From Candidatus Multivoradales bacterium (GTDB taxonomy: Bacteria > Acidobacteriota > Thermoanaerobaculia > Multivoradales > JAHEKO01), in NCBI GenBank assembly GCA_965223155.1, contig CBDCVR010000013.1, forward strand, positions 544,001-608,000: a stretch of 64,000 bases of DNA, written 5' to 3'. The position numbers were made by a program, and so were the translations under genes. Each line of letters opens with the position of its first letter. Position 1 is the stretch's first letter. Below are positions 18,435-28,084 of this stretch, in pieces. Under the pieces are notes generated by a model, which made no database searches, was not told the DNA's origin, and was given only the letters and a program-made list of their open reading frames with translations.

Positions 18435-21071
18435 CTAGCCGTCTAGCCTGGCCTTCAAGGTTTGGAGTAGGTTCAGCGCCGCCAGCGGCGACAGCCGCTC
18501 CAGATCCAGCTCGCGCAGGATCGACGCCACGATCTGCTCCGGAGGCGCAAACAGGGCGAGCTGACCTTCCAGAGACGCGTCGTCCGGTGAGGCGGCCAGC
18601 TTGGGCTTACCGGTGAGGTCGTACTCTCCCGCCTCCAGGTTGCTCAACACCTGAGCCGCCCGGGCGACCACCGACTCCGGAATGCCAGCCAGACGAGCCA
18701 CGTGGATGCCGTAGCTCTTGTCGGCGGAGCCCGGCATGACCCGGTGCAGGAAGACGATCTGATTGCGCCACTCCTTGACCGCCAGCGTGCGGTTGACGAC
18801 TCGGGGCAGCAGCACCGCGAGCTCGGTCAGCTCGTGGTAGTGGGTGGCGAACAGGGCCCTGGCTCCGGTCTCCTCGTGCAGGTGCTCCACGATCGCCCAG
18901 GCCAGAGACAGGCCGTCGAAGGTCGCGGTTCCCCGACCCACCTCGTCTAGGATGATCAGGCTGCGGCCGCTGGCGTTGTGGAGGATGTTCGCGGTCTCGG
19001 TCATCTCGACCATAAACGTCGACTCGCCGCGGGCCAGGTCGTCGCTGGCTCCAACTCGGGTAAAGATCCGGTCCACCACCCCGATCTCGGCCGACTTCGC
19101 GGGCACGAAGCTGCCCGTATGCGCCATCAGCACGATCAGAGCGCACTGGCGGAGATAGGTGGACTTACCGCCCATGTTGGGACCCGTCAGGACGATGATG
19201 TCGCCGGCTTCTCCGCCCAGCTCCAGGTCGTTGGGCACGAAGCTGTCCGAGGAGCTGGCTTCGACCACCGGGTGGCGGCCTTCGACGATATTCACGGGCT
19301 CGCCCGAAGGCAGCATGCGCGGACGGCTATAGCGGTTGCGTTCGGCGAGCTCGGCCAGAGCCGCCAGGACGTCGACCGAAGCCATCGCCGAAGCCAGGTC
19401 CTGGAGTCGGCCAGCGCTCGCCCCGATCCGCTGGACCAGCTCCGAGAAATGCGCGGCTTCGAGCTCGAGCTGGCGTCCCTCGGCTTCCAGGATCTCTTCC
19501 TCGAGCTCCTTGAGCTCCGGGGTCGCGTAGCGCTCGGCGTTGACGAGGGTCTGCTTGCGAACGTAGTGCTCCGGCACCAGGCTCTGGTTGGCCTTGGTGA
19601 CTTCGAGGTAGTAGCCGAAAACCTTGTTGTAGCGAATCTTGAGCGAGCCGATGCCGGTGCTCTCACGTTCCCGACCTTCCAGGGCGGCCAGGTGCTTCTT
19701 GCGGTCGCGCGCCAGCGACCGGCACCGGTCCAGCTCCTCGTCCACGCCGTCGGCAACGACGCCGCCCTTCTTGAGGGTCAAGGCCGGCTCCGGCGCCAGC
19801 ACCCGCCCCAGCTCGCCCGCCAGGTCGGCCAGCGGATCGACGGCGGCCAGCTCGGCAAGAAGGCTCGAGCGCGCCCCCTGGAGCTCGGCCAGAATGGCGG
19901 GCACCACGCCCAGGCCCCTGCGCAGGCCATCCGCTTCCCGCGGCGTCAAGGTGCCCAGCACCGCCCGGGTTGCCAACCGGGCCGGGTCGCCCAGAGACCG
20001 CAGCTCGCGCCGAATGCGCTCCCGGCGCTCGGCCTCGTCCAGGAGCTCGCCCACCGCTCCCTGCCGGAGCTCGATCGCCTCGACCGACTGCAAGGGCCTG
20101 AGCAGCCAGTCGGCGAGCCGCCGCGCCCCCGGCGCGGTCTCGGTCCGGTCCATCACCGCCAGCAACGAGCCCGCCGAACGGGAAGTCCGCAAGTTCTTGA
20201 GGAGCTCGAGGTTGGCGACCGTGGTCGGGTCGAGCTGAAGATGACCGTCGGCGGCGCGCACCGACAAGCCGCGGACATGGGGCAGCTCGCTACGCTGGGT
20301 CTCGCGGGCGTAGGCCAGAGCCAGGGCGGCGGCCGCGACTCCGGGGTGTCCCCGATCGACCAGGCCGAAACCCTTGAGCGAGCGCGTTCCGAAATGGCGG
20401 CACAGGAACGTGAACTCCTTGCCCCGCGGAAACCAGGCCGCGCCGCCGGCCTCGCTGACACAAATCTGGCTCTTGGCCGTCCAGTCTCCGAGCGGCTCGG
20501 GCAACGCTTCTTCGACGTGCACGAGCTCGGCCGGCCGCAGCGCCCGGAGGTCCTGGACCGCGGCGGCGCCATCGGTCCACTCACGCAGGAAGAAGTCGCC
20601 GGTGGAAACGTCCAGAAACGCGCCCGCGCCGATGCCCTCGTAGCCGCCGTTGCCTCGGGAACCTCGAAAGGCCACGCCGGCGAGCAGATTGGGCTGCCTG
20701 CTGGATAGCAGATCCAGGTCGCTCAACGTCCCGGGCGTGACGATGCGGGTCACCTCGCGCCTGACCAGGCCCTTGGCTTCGGCGGGATCCTCGACCTGAT
20801 CGCAGATGGCCACCTTGTACCCCGCCTTGAGCAGCTTGGCGAGATAAGCTTCGAGGGCGTGATGGGGAACGCCGCACATCGCCACTTCGCTTTCCTTGCC
20901 TTTGTGCCGGGCGGTCAAGGCCACCTCCAGGATCGGCGCCACCAGCTCGGCGTCCTCGAAGAAGATCTCGTAGAAATCCCCCATCCGATAGAGGACGATG
21001 GCGTCGGCGTGCTGCGCCTTGGTCTCGGCGTAGTGCCGGAGCATCGGCGTCAGCTTCGCTGGGGCGGGCAT
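18435..21071 (-). CDS. mutS: DNA mismatch repair protein MutS
   Basis: TPM..Y...K, RMGDFYEIF, TGPNMGGKST, STFMVEM, DEVGRGT and ATHYHEL motifs. Confidence 0.98.
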   Translation of the reverse strand: MPAPAKLTPMLRHYAETKAQHADAIVLYRMGDFYEIFFEDAELVAPILEVALTARHKGKESEVAMCGVPHHALEAYLAKLLKAGYKVAICDQVEDPAEAKGLVRREVTRIVTPGTLSDLDLLSSRQPNLLAGVAFRGSRGNGGYEGIGAGAFLDVSTGDFFLREWTDGAAAVQDLRALRPAELVHVEEALPEPLGDWTAKSQICVSEAGGAAWFPRGKEFTFLCRHFGTRSLKGFGLVDRGHPGVAAAALALAYARETQRSELPHVRGLSVRAADGHLQLDPTTVANLELLKNLRTSRSAGSLLAVMDRTETAPGARRLADWLLRPLQSVEAIELRQGAVGELLDEAERRERIRRELRSLGDPARLATRAVLGTLTPREADGLRRGLGVVPAILAELQGARSSLLAELAAVDPLADLAGELGRVLAPEPALTLKKGGVVADGVDEELDRCRSLARDRKKHLAALEGRERESTGIGSLKIRYNKVFGYYLEVTKANQSLVPEHYVRKQTLVNAERYATPELKELEEEILEAEGRQLELEAAHFSELVQRIGASAGRLQDLASAMASVDVLAALAELAERNRYSRPRMLPSGEPVNIVEGRHPVVEASSSDSFVPNDLELGGEAGDIIVLTGPNMGGKSTYLRQCALIVLMAHTGSFVPAKSAEIGVVDRIFTRVGASDDLARGESTFMVEMTETANILHNASGRSLIILDEVGRGTATFDGLSLAWAIVEHLHEETGARALFATHYHELTELAVLLPRVVNRTLAVKEWRNQIVFLHRVMPGSADKSYGIHVARLAGIPESVVARAAQVLSNLEAGEYDLTGKPKLAASPDDASLEGQLALFAPPEQIVASILRELDLERLSPLAALNLLQTLKARLDG

Positions 21072-21166
21072 CGAGGCCGAAGTATAGCGGCGGTGTTGCC
21101 GGCAGTAGGGGTGGACGCCTTGGCACGGGCGTCCCGGCAGACAGGCACGGAAGGGGCGGCTAGGGC

Positions 21167-21859
21167 ATGAACGGAGGCACCGATCAAGACCTGGGCGCGG
21201 GCGAACCGGCGGCCTCCGGCGTCTGCCTCCTGGCTCTCGACGCGGGCTCGCCGGCCGCGAGCGTCGCGCTGGCCGTGGACGGCGGGGTCCGGCAGCGCTC
21301 GTTTCCCGGCCGCGAGGCATCGACCCGCATCCTCGGGGACGCGGAGGACCTGCTGGCCGGCGCCGGCAAGAGCCTGGCCGATGTCACCGGCCTGGTGGCA
21401 GTGCGGGGTCCCGGCAGCTTTACCGGACTGCGCATCACCCTGGCTACGGCCCTCGGCCTCCACCAGGCTCTCGGCTGCCCGGCGACGACGGTGACGACCT
21501 TCGAAGCGCTGGCCGCCCAGGGCGGACGGCGGGCTCCCGGCCGGGCGGCGATCGTCCAGGTGGACGCCCTACGCGGCGAGTGTTTCGTGCAACGTTTTGG
21601 CCCCGATGGCGCACCTCGAACCGAAGCGGAGCTCCGCCCTTGGGACGCGATCGCCGGCAGCGGCGACGAGGTGCATGTCGGCTTCGATCTCGCCGGCCGG
21701 CCGCTGCCGGCCGATGCCGAGATCCTGGCGGCCGAACCACTCGCCGCCGACGCCCTGGCCTGGCTGGGATCCCGGGAGACCAACCGCTGGGACGCGGCCA
21801 GCCTTTGCGATCCGCTGTACCTGCGCCCCCCGGCAGCCTCGCCCCCGCGGAGGCGATAG
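21167..21859 (+). CDS. tsaB: tRNA t6A biosynthesis protein TsaB
   Basis: LLALDAG...GPGSFTGLRI...DALRGE...PLYLR. Confidence 0.92.
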   Translation: MNGGTDQDLGAGEPAASGVCLLALDAGSPAASVALAVDGGVRQRSFPGREASTRILGDAEDLLAGAGKSLADVTGLVAVRGPGSFTGLRITLATALGLHQALGCPATTVTTFEALAAQGGRRAPGRAAIVQVDALRGECFVQRFGPDGAPRTEAELRPWDAIAGSGDEVHVGFDLAGRPLPADAEILAAEPLAADALAWLGSRETNRWDAASLCDPLYLRPPAASPPRRR

Positions 21860-21869
21860 TGGCACTCGC

Positions 21870-23267
21870 CTAGGCCGGCTTGTGACCGACCAGGCCGTAG
21901 TCCTGGAAGCCGAACAGAAGCTCGTCCAGTCGGTCCCGGATGGCGTTCATCCGGTCGGCCAGAGCGGCCTGCTCGGGAGCCACCGCCTCGACGTCGATCT
22001 CCGGCAGCCGGTCCTCGGCGGCAAACGGCTGGAGGTCGATCCGCTCCACCGGATCGAAACCGTTGAGCTCCATCAGCGTCTTCAAGCTCTCGGGATGCAC
22101 CGGCCGCTTGTGGGTCGGGTCCAGCCAGAACCGGCTGGCGCCCACGACCAGCGACGTGGGGTTGGGCGTCTCCAGCACCAGAACCCCGCCGGGCCGCAGT
22201 ACCCGCCAGGCCAACCGCACCAGCCGCTCCAGCTCCGCCGCGGGCAGGTGCTCGATGACGTGAAAGGAGACGACGCCACCCAAGGAGCTCTCGGACCGGG
22301 CTTCGAGAGCGCGAAAGAGGTCATCCACCTCGGCTTCCAGGCCCTTTTCCCGGCAGCGCTCCACCATCTCGACGTTGGCGTCCACGCCAGAGGCCTTGAT
22401 GCCGGCGGCCGCCAGCGCCGCCAGCGCCTCGCCGCGGCCACAGCCCAGATCCAAAACGTCCGTACGACCGCCGAGGACGTCGAGATACGGGTCCAGGCGC
22501 CCCCGGATGTCCTCCTCGCTGCCCCGGAATCGCGCCTCGAACTCCAGGTACTTCTCGTCGCGGACCGCCCGCGCGAGCTCCTGACCGGGTACCGCCTCGC
22601 CGCCGGTGCGCTCGGCCACCGCCAGCAGGCCGCTCAAGCGGCCCCAGCGCTCGCGCGAGAGCTCGCGGTAGCGGTCCAGCTTCTCGTCCAGGCGGGTAAA
22701 GAGAGCCACGGTGTGGTCCTTGACCTCGTCGTAGCCGTCGTTGTGGAACGACTCCAAGTGGGTCAGGCGCCCGTCGTGCGATTTCACGAACTCCTCCTGA
22801 GCGTGGACGTAGGCCATGATCTCGTCGTAGGTGACTTTGAGCTCGCGCTCCCCGACCTCGCGCAGCCGGTTCAGGTCTTCGAGCATCTCCCGCTGGATCT
22901 TCTGCAGATCCTGGCCGAGCACGGAAGTATCGCGGGCCACCTCGCCGATCCAGCGGTGGTGATCGGCGGTGGTGTCGCTCAATCGATCGCCGAGTTCGGC
23001 CATCCGCCGCAGCCCCTCTTCGAGCTGCTCCTGAACCACGAGATTGTAGGCTCGCTGCCGCTCCCAGAGGTCGGCCTGGGGGGCTCGCACCAGACCTCGC
23101 AGCGCCTTCTTGAGGAAAACGACGACGCGGCCGGCAAATCCCCGGTGGCTCTCGATCGGAAACTCGCGGTCCTCTTGCCAGAGCCGTCCCCAAGACCCGA
23201 GATCGCGGTTCGAGCCGCTCCTCAGACCCTGGAGATCCAGGTCGGGTTTTGGTTCCGTCGCCGTCAT
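21870..23267 (-). CDS. Class I SAM-dependent methyltransferase with N-terminal coiled-coil (surface glycan-associated type)
   Basis: YLEFEARFRGSEE, VLDLGCGRGE, FHVIEHL, LRPGG and ETPNP...DPTH motifs; about 220-aa helical N-terminus. Confidence 0.9.
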   Translation of the reverse strand: MTATEPKPDLDLQGLRSGSNRDLGSWGRLWQEDREFPIESHRGFAGRVVVFLKKALRGLVRAPQADLWERQRAYNLVVQEQLEEGLRRMAELGDRLSDTTADHHRWIGEVARDTSVLGQDLQKIQREMLEDLNRLREVGERELKVTYDEIMAYVHAQEEFVKSHDGRLTHLESFHNDGYDEVKDHTVALFTRLDEKLDRYRELSRERWGRLSGLLAVAERTGGEAVPGQELARAVRDEKYLEFEARFRGSEEDIRGRLDPYLDVLGGRTDVLDLGCGRGEALAALAAAGIKASGVDANVEMVERCREKGLEAEVDDLFRALEARSESSLGGVVSFHVIEHLPAAELERLVRLAWRVLRPGGVLVLETPNPTSLVVGASRFWLDPTHKRPVHPESLKTLMELNGFDPVERIDLQPFAAEDRLPEIDVEAVAPEQAALADRMNAIRDRLDELLFGFQDYGLVGHKPA

Positions 23268-23348
23268 GAGAAAGCAGGGCGAGCCGCCACGGCCGCCGAA
23301 GACCCTACCACGGGCGGCGCGACTCCCAGGGCCGCTCGAAGGCTCCGC

Positions 23349-25619
23349 TCAGGAGTTGTGAACCGTGACCTCGCCCTGCCAGAGCGGCTCGCCATTCCAG
23401 CTCTCGAACCATACGGTGCCGGCCAGGTTGAGGTCCAGGACCAACTGATAGCGGCCAGGCTTGTCCGGGAGCCGGACCACCAGATCGGACACGAGGTCCT
23501 GTCCCCTGACCACGCGGCCCGGAAACCGTTGCAGGCGCGCTCCCACCGGCTTGTCACCATCTCGGCGGGGCAAGCGGTAGAGGCGGTACCCCAACAGGGT
23601 CGGCACCATGTCGGCGCTCGACCAGAAGCGAAGCCCGGTGTTGCGCACCCCCACGGGCAGGGTGATGCCGCCGGCGGCGGCGCCGGCAAGAGGCGGGACC
23701 TCTCCGATCGCGGCGTCGGGAGACCAGGCCACGCCCGAGAAGAACTTGGGCACGAGGCGCAAGGGCCCCAGGTAGTGAAAATCGGCAGCGCCGGCCTCAC
23801 CTCCATCGCCGCCACCCAAGTCCGACACCGAAAAACGATAGATCCGCGTCCAGGTGCGCTCTGGCGAACGAAACCAGTATCGATGACGCCGCCACACGGG
23901 ATCGACCGGTATCTCGAGCAGCGCCCAGCCGCCGCCTTCCCCGGCCTGCGTCGAAACCCGGACCGGAGCCGCGCCCGGGGTCCAGTACGAAACCTCGGCA
24001 GCAGCCGAGTCCACACGCGCCAGATAGCGCACGACGCCGTCCTCGCGCGAGCTCGCATGCACCAGCTCGGCGGCCGGATCACCGGCCCGGATCCGGAAGC
24101 CCGAGGGCGATAGCTGCGAGTAGGGATCCACAAAGCGGAAGAACTCGTTGGTCCAGTACACGTCGCGCCGGCCGTCCAGGTTCCGGGCGGTGGTCTCGTA
24201 CGGAAGCCACCGGAAGACGCCGGCGTAGGCGTGGTTCTGGCTCGAGGGCTCGGTCGCGGCGGTCCGCCGGGCCGACACCAGAGCCGAAGCAAAGACGACC
24301 ACGGCCACCAGCCAGACGCCCACGAGCACCCGCATTCCGGGCAGGCGCCTCGGCACGAAAACCAACGCCATCGCTCCGGTCAAGAAGTATCGATTGCCCA
24401 GAAACGTGCCGCCCCCGAAGTAGTTCTCGGGCATCCAGAGCAGGTAGAAGACCGCCAGGGCCAGCACCCCGGCGAGGCCCGCCCAGGCAAGCCGGTCGGG
24501 CCGCCGGAAGGCCCACAGCAGCAGCACCAGCGACGCTGGAAAATAGGTCAGGAGACCCGTGTGCCGGCCGGCCAGGAAGTAGAGGCCGACGACCCCGTTG
24601 GTCGCGAGCTCGAACTCCGGGACCAACCCGACCCGCTGCCGCGCCAGCGCCACGTCCTCGCTGAACTGGCGCAAGGCCCGCTCCGCCCCCTCCCCTGCCG
24701 GATAGCCGCTGGCGGGATTGAAGGTCGCGCGCACCGTCTTGTACGGCACCCAGGCTCCGGTCGCGGCCCGGTTGAGACCCAGCCCGAGGCCCGCCACCAG
24801 AGCCACTACGGCGCCCAGAAGCAGAGCCCGGCGCCAACGCCCGGCCAGCAGATACGCCAGCACCGGAATTGCGGCGAGCGCGAAGTTCGGGAAGCGCATC
24901 GCGCCGGCAAGAGTCAGGAGCACGACGCCGGCGACCGGCGCCCAACGATGCTCGAGCAGGCGATCGACCGGCCCCCGGTCAGTTCCATCCTCGCCCGTGC
25001 CGCGAAGCTGGGCCAGCGCCAGGGCCAGACCGGCCAGCACCAGCGAGGCCTGGAGCGAATCGCTCATGGTCCAGACCAGGTAGCCGCAGAAGACGCTGGT
25101 CCCGGCGAGGGTCACGACCCAGAGGCCGGCCGCCTGGGCGCCCTGCCGGCGCAGGCAACCGGCGGCGAGGAGGACCGCGGCGGCCGCGGCCACGATGTGG
25201 AACAGAATCAGTCCCGACGGACCCGCCACGAAAAACCAGGGCGCCGCCAAGATCGGATAGAGCACCGGCTTCGAATACGCCACGCGGTCGCCCGCCCGCT
25301 GCAGAATCACCGCTTGCCGCCCCTTCTCGGCGGCTTCCTCCAGACGCTCACGGTCCCTGGTGTCGAAGACCAGATCCCGGTCGAAGGCGGCGCTCTCGGT
25401 CATGGCCAGGAAAGTGCCCTCATCTCCACGTACCAGTCCCGCGCTGCCGCGGGCCTCGAACAGGATCAGATGGGCGAGCCCGACTGCGACGGCCAGGAGT
25501 GCTGGCAGCAGCCGGGCCGGGCGCCAAGCCCTCGCTCGGTACCGAGCTTGCTTCGACGGTCGGTCGGACGGCCGGGCCGGCGACGCGTCGGATTCCCGAG
25601 CTCTCAGAGAGTCCCCCAT
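23349..25619 (-). CDS. Polytopic membrane protein, probable GT-C-fold glycosyltransferase with C-terminal Ig-like domain
   Basis: GDE acidic motif in the loop after TM1; many TMs; GNRYF; C-terminal VRNTG..W...PDKPGRYQLVLDL...WF beta-sandwich pattern. Confidence 0.7.
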   Translation of the reverse strand: MGDSLRARESDASPARPSDRPSKQARYRARAWRPARLLPALLAVAVGLAHLILFEARGSAGLVRGDEGTFLAMTESAAFDRDLVFDTRDRERLEEAAEKGRQAVILQRAGDRVAYSKPVLYPILAAPWFFVAGPSGLILFHIVAAAAAVLLAAGCLRRQGAQAAGLWVVTLAGTSVFCGYLVWTMSDSLQASLVLAGLALALAQLRGTGEDGTDRGPVDRLLEHRWAPVAGVVLLTLAGAMRFPNFALAAIPVLAYLLAGRWRRALLLGAVVALVAGLGLGLNRAATGAWVPYKTVRATFNPASGYPAGEGAERALRQFSEDVALARQRVGLVPEFELATNGVVGLYFLAGRHTGLLTYFPASLVLLLWAFRRPDRLAWAGLAGVLALAVFYLLWMPENYFGGGTFLGNRYFLTGAMALVFVPRRLPGMRVLVGVWLVAVVVFASALVSARRTAATEPSSQNHAYAGVFRWLPYETTARNLDGRRDVYWTNEFFRFVDPYSQLSPSGFRIRAGDPAAELVHASSREDGVVRYLARVDSAAAEVSYWTPGAAPVRVSTQAGEGGGWALLEIPVDPVWRRHRYWFRSPERTWTRIYRFSVSDLGGGDGGEAGAADFHYLGPLRLVPKFFSGVAWSPDAAIGEVPPLAGAAAGGITLPVGVRNTGLRFWSSADMVPTLLGYRLYRLPRRDGDKPVGARLQRFPGRVVRGQDLVSDLVVRLPDKPGRYQLVLDLNLAGTVWFESWNGEPLWQGEVTVHNS

Positions 25620-25658
25620 GGCGACGGCTGAGAATACTATTCCGCCGGCCGGCGCGGC

Positions 25659-25688
25659 TTGCCGGCACCTCCGACCCCCTGGTATCCT
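25659..25688 (+). promoter_or_regulatory. Promoter upstream of the DUF465 leader
   Basis: TTGCCG-N18-TATCCT with an extended -10 TG. Confidence 0.5.
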
Positions 25689-25701
25689 GACGGCGTTCGC
25701 A

Positions 25702-25799
25702 GCGTTATGGTGGCTTTCACGAACAGGGTCACGCTCTTGGTGCCGCGCCGGCGAGGAGGGTGTCCAGCACCGTGACCACGGGGAGCCACATGCCGACGC
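25702..25799 (+). ncRNA. Candidate structured cis-regulatory leader RNA (unassigned)
   Basis: Nested stems GTGGCTTTC/GGGAGCCAC and GGTCACG/CGTGACC enclose two hairpins; G-U pairs favour the + strand. Confidence 0.35.
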
Positions 25800-25878
25800 C
25801 GCCGTGCTGTCTCGCCTATCCCTCGCCAAGACCCATCCCAACCACGGTCCATCGAAACCGCAAGGAGGAGCTCTGCCT

Positions 25879-26115
25879 ATGCCGGACTCTGGAAACGGCC
25901 TCCGCGACGAGTTGATCGCCACCGACGACGAATTTCGCCGCCTCTTCGAAGAGCATCAGAACTACGAACGGCGGCTCGAAGAGATCCACCGCAAGGCGTT
26001 CGCATCCCAGGACGACGAGTTCGAGATGAAGCAGATCAAGCTCCACAAGCTAGCTCTCAAGGACCGCATGGAGGCCATCCTGCACAGCCGGCGCGAGGCC
26101 AGCGTACCCGCGTAG
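25879..26115 (+). CDS. DUF465/YdcH-like small coiled-coil protein
   Basis: AAGGAGG RBS; DDEFRRLFEEH....RL...KQIKLHKLALKDRM pattern. Confidence 0.85.
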   Translation: MPDSGNGLRDELIATDDEFRRLFEEHQNYERRLEEIHRKAFASQDDEFEMKQIKLHKLALKDRMEAILHSRREASVPA

Positions 26116-26328
26116 AGCCGGTCCACGAGAGCAAGACGCCGGCGGCGCAATCAGGCACCGCCAGCGTGCGCTCGACCGGCCGATAGATGACAGCGCCCTT
26201 GCCCGGACGCCGTCCGGCAGAGCGCTACGAGGAGTTCCTGCTCCCCAATCTCGGTCGGAACCCCTCCTCCGGCACTCCCATCCAAACCCGACGATCGCTC
26301 GTAACTGTCGCCGCATGACGGTCGCCCG

Positions 26329-26988
26329 ATGACTCTCGCGAAAGAGGCCTGGATTTTCGTCCTGCCGTTCCTGGCCCTGGCCGGCCTGGCCTGGCTCGCC
26401 TCGTGGCCCCGCTCCGCCGTCGGGCTACTGGTGACGGCGATCGCGGTGGCGGCCTTCTTCCGCGTCCCGGCCCGCTCCTACAACGGCCCCGACGACCTGA
26501 TCCTGGCCGCCGCCAATGGAGTGGTCACCGCGGTCGACGAGGTCGCCGTCCCGGAGCTGAACGGCCGGACCCATCGACGGATCGTGACCTTCTTGAGTGT
26601 CTTCAACGTCCACGTCCAGCGCGCGCCGATCGCCGGCACGGTGCGGTCGAGCACCTTCCGGCCCGGCCGCAAGGTCGCGGCCTTCCGCCCTGACGCCGGC
26701 GACGTCAACGAGAGCCACTTCGTTACTCTGGAAACGACCGGCGGAGGCGTCCTTGGGGTCAAGCAGATCGCCGGCCTCCTGGCCCGGCGAATCGTCAACG
26801 ACCTTCGGCCCGGAGATCGGGTCGTTCGAGGCCAGCGCATCGGACTCATCAAGTTCGGCTCGCGCGTGGATCTGTTCTTGCCCATCGACGCCGAGATCCT
26901 GGTTGGCGAGGGCGATCGGCTGGTCGAAGGCCTGACGGAAGTCGCCCGTCTACAAACCCCGGGCGCAGCGGAAGGTGAGGCGTCGTGA
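26329..26988 (+). CDS. psd: Phosphatidylserine decarboxylase proenzyme
   Basis: FFRVP, FLSVFNVHVQRAP, QIAGLLARRI and GLIKFGSRVD (self-cleavage GS) motifs. Confidence 0.93.
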   Translation: MTLAKEAWIFVLPFLALAGLAWLASWPRSAVGLLVTAIAVAAFFRVPARSYNGPDDLILAAANGVVTAVDEVAVPELNGRTHRRIVTFLSVFNVHVQRAPIAGTVRSSTFRPGRKVAAFRPDAGDVNESHFVTLETTGGGVLGVKQIAGLLARRIVNDLRPGDRVVRGQRIGLIKFGSRVDLFLPIDAEILVGEGDRLVEGLTEVARLQTPGAAEGEAS

Positions 26989-27968
26989 AGAGCGTTGCAA
27001 TTTGGAACAGCGAAAGCCTTCTGGGCAATGAGCTCAAGGAGCAGCTCGCCGGGCGCCGCGATCTGTGGGAAGACCTCAAGCTGCTGGCCCCGGGCGGTGA
27101 CGATTCCGCCCGGGTGACCGACATCGGCGGCGAGGCCGCTTGGGTGCTGCCGGCCGACACCGAGGGCGCCACCGACGTGGACGTGCTTTTAGTGTGCCCG
27201 GCCCCCGACGGCGACAGCGGAGCGAAGACGCTGCCCGAGACCGGACCCACCACCACCACGATCTTGGTCTGCGGCGAGCGGCCCAACCCGGAGTTGCCCC
27301 AGTTGGTCGTCGGCGCCAACACGAGCGGCCTCGAGCCGGGCGCCATCGTCGCCAGCCCGCCGGCCACAGTGGTCTTAGCGGCACATCTCGCCCAAGCGCT
27401 TCAGCCGCTGGGCGTGATCGATCTGAGCCTGACCGCCCTCCTGCCGGCTTCGGGCCGGGACCAGGCCGGCGTCGACGAGCTCCTGGACCAGGCGCGCTCG
27501 TTGCTCTCCTTTCAGGAACGTCTACCGACTCGCGTTTTTGGGCGCCAGTTGGCTTTCAACCTGCTGTCCGAGCCCGGTCTCGGCCGAGAGCTGTCGCGCT
27601 CGCTCGCGAACGTGCTCTCAGAGACCGCTCTCGCGGTTCGTCTCCAGGCCATACTGGCGGGTAGCTTCCACGGCCTGAACCTGGCCGTGCAGGCGCGGCT
27701 GAACGACGCAGTCCAACCGGCCAAAGTCGAGGCCGCCCTGGCCTCGAGCCCCGTCTTCGAAGTCTCTGCCGAGACCTTCGCTCCAAGCCCTCTCGACGTT
27801 GGCGGCCGGCCCGTGGCCCTGCTGGGCGCCATCGAACCGGCCGGAGCCGGACCGAGCTCGGGAGATGGAATGGATGCAGTGCAGCTCCACGCGGTCGCGG
27901 ACAACCTCGCCCTATCGGCGGCCAACGCCGTCGGCCTCGCCGAGGCGCTGCTGATGGCCCGCAACTAG
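26985..27968 (+). CDS. Degenerate aspartate-semialdehyde dehydrogenase-like (Usg-like) protein
   Basis: Asd-like layout (PAS..G..GVDELLDQ, F..QLAFNLL, ADNL..AANAV) but the catalytic Cys/His and the Gly-rich loop appear substituted. Confidence 0.75.
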   Translation: MKSVAIWNSESLLGNELKEQLAGRRDLWEDLKLLAPGGDDSARVTDIGGEAAWVLPADTEGATDVDVLLVCPAPDGDSGAKTLPETGPTTTTILVCGERPNPELPQLVVGANTSGLEPGAIVASPPATVVLAAHLAQALQPLGVIDLSLTALLPASGRDQAGVDELLDQARSLLSFQERLPTRVFGRQLAFNLLSEPGLGRELSRSLANVLSETALAVRLQAILAGSFHGLNLAVQARLNDAVQPAKVEAALASSPVFEVSAETFAPSPLDVGGRPVALLGAIEPAGAGPSSGDGMDAVQLHAVADNLALSAANAVGLAEALLMARN

Positions 27969-28084
27969 CACTGCGGCGCGGGACGGCCTGGCGGCAGACG
28001 GCAGGCTCTTCCGCCAGCTAGCCTGCTCTCTCACCGGCGTTCGTCGCGAGAGGCCGCAACTGGCAGAGCGATGAGACGAGCAGA

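Noticed and set aside
25776-25806. Resemblance of CCACGGGGAGC...GCCGACGCC to a ZTP (pfl) riboswitch
   Set aside because: The GACUGGCG junction and CGCCUGGGC terminal hairpin are missing, and the downstream gene is not purine/folate related.
27969-28084. Hairpins between convergent genes (also near 18415-18432 and 26191-26226) as intrinsic terminators
   Set aside because: Stems are present but lack U-tracts; I cannot distinguish them from chance in this GC background.
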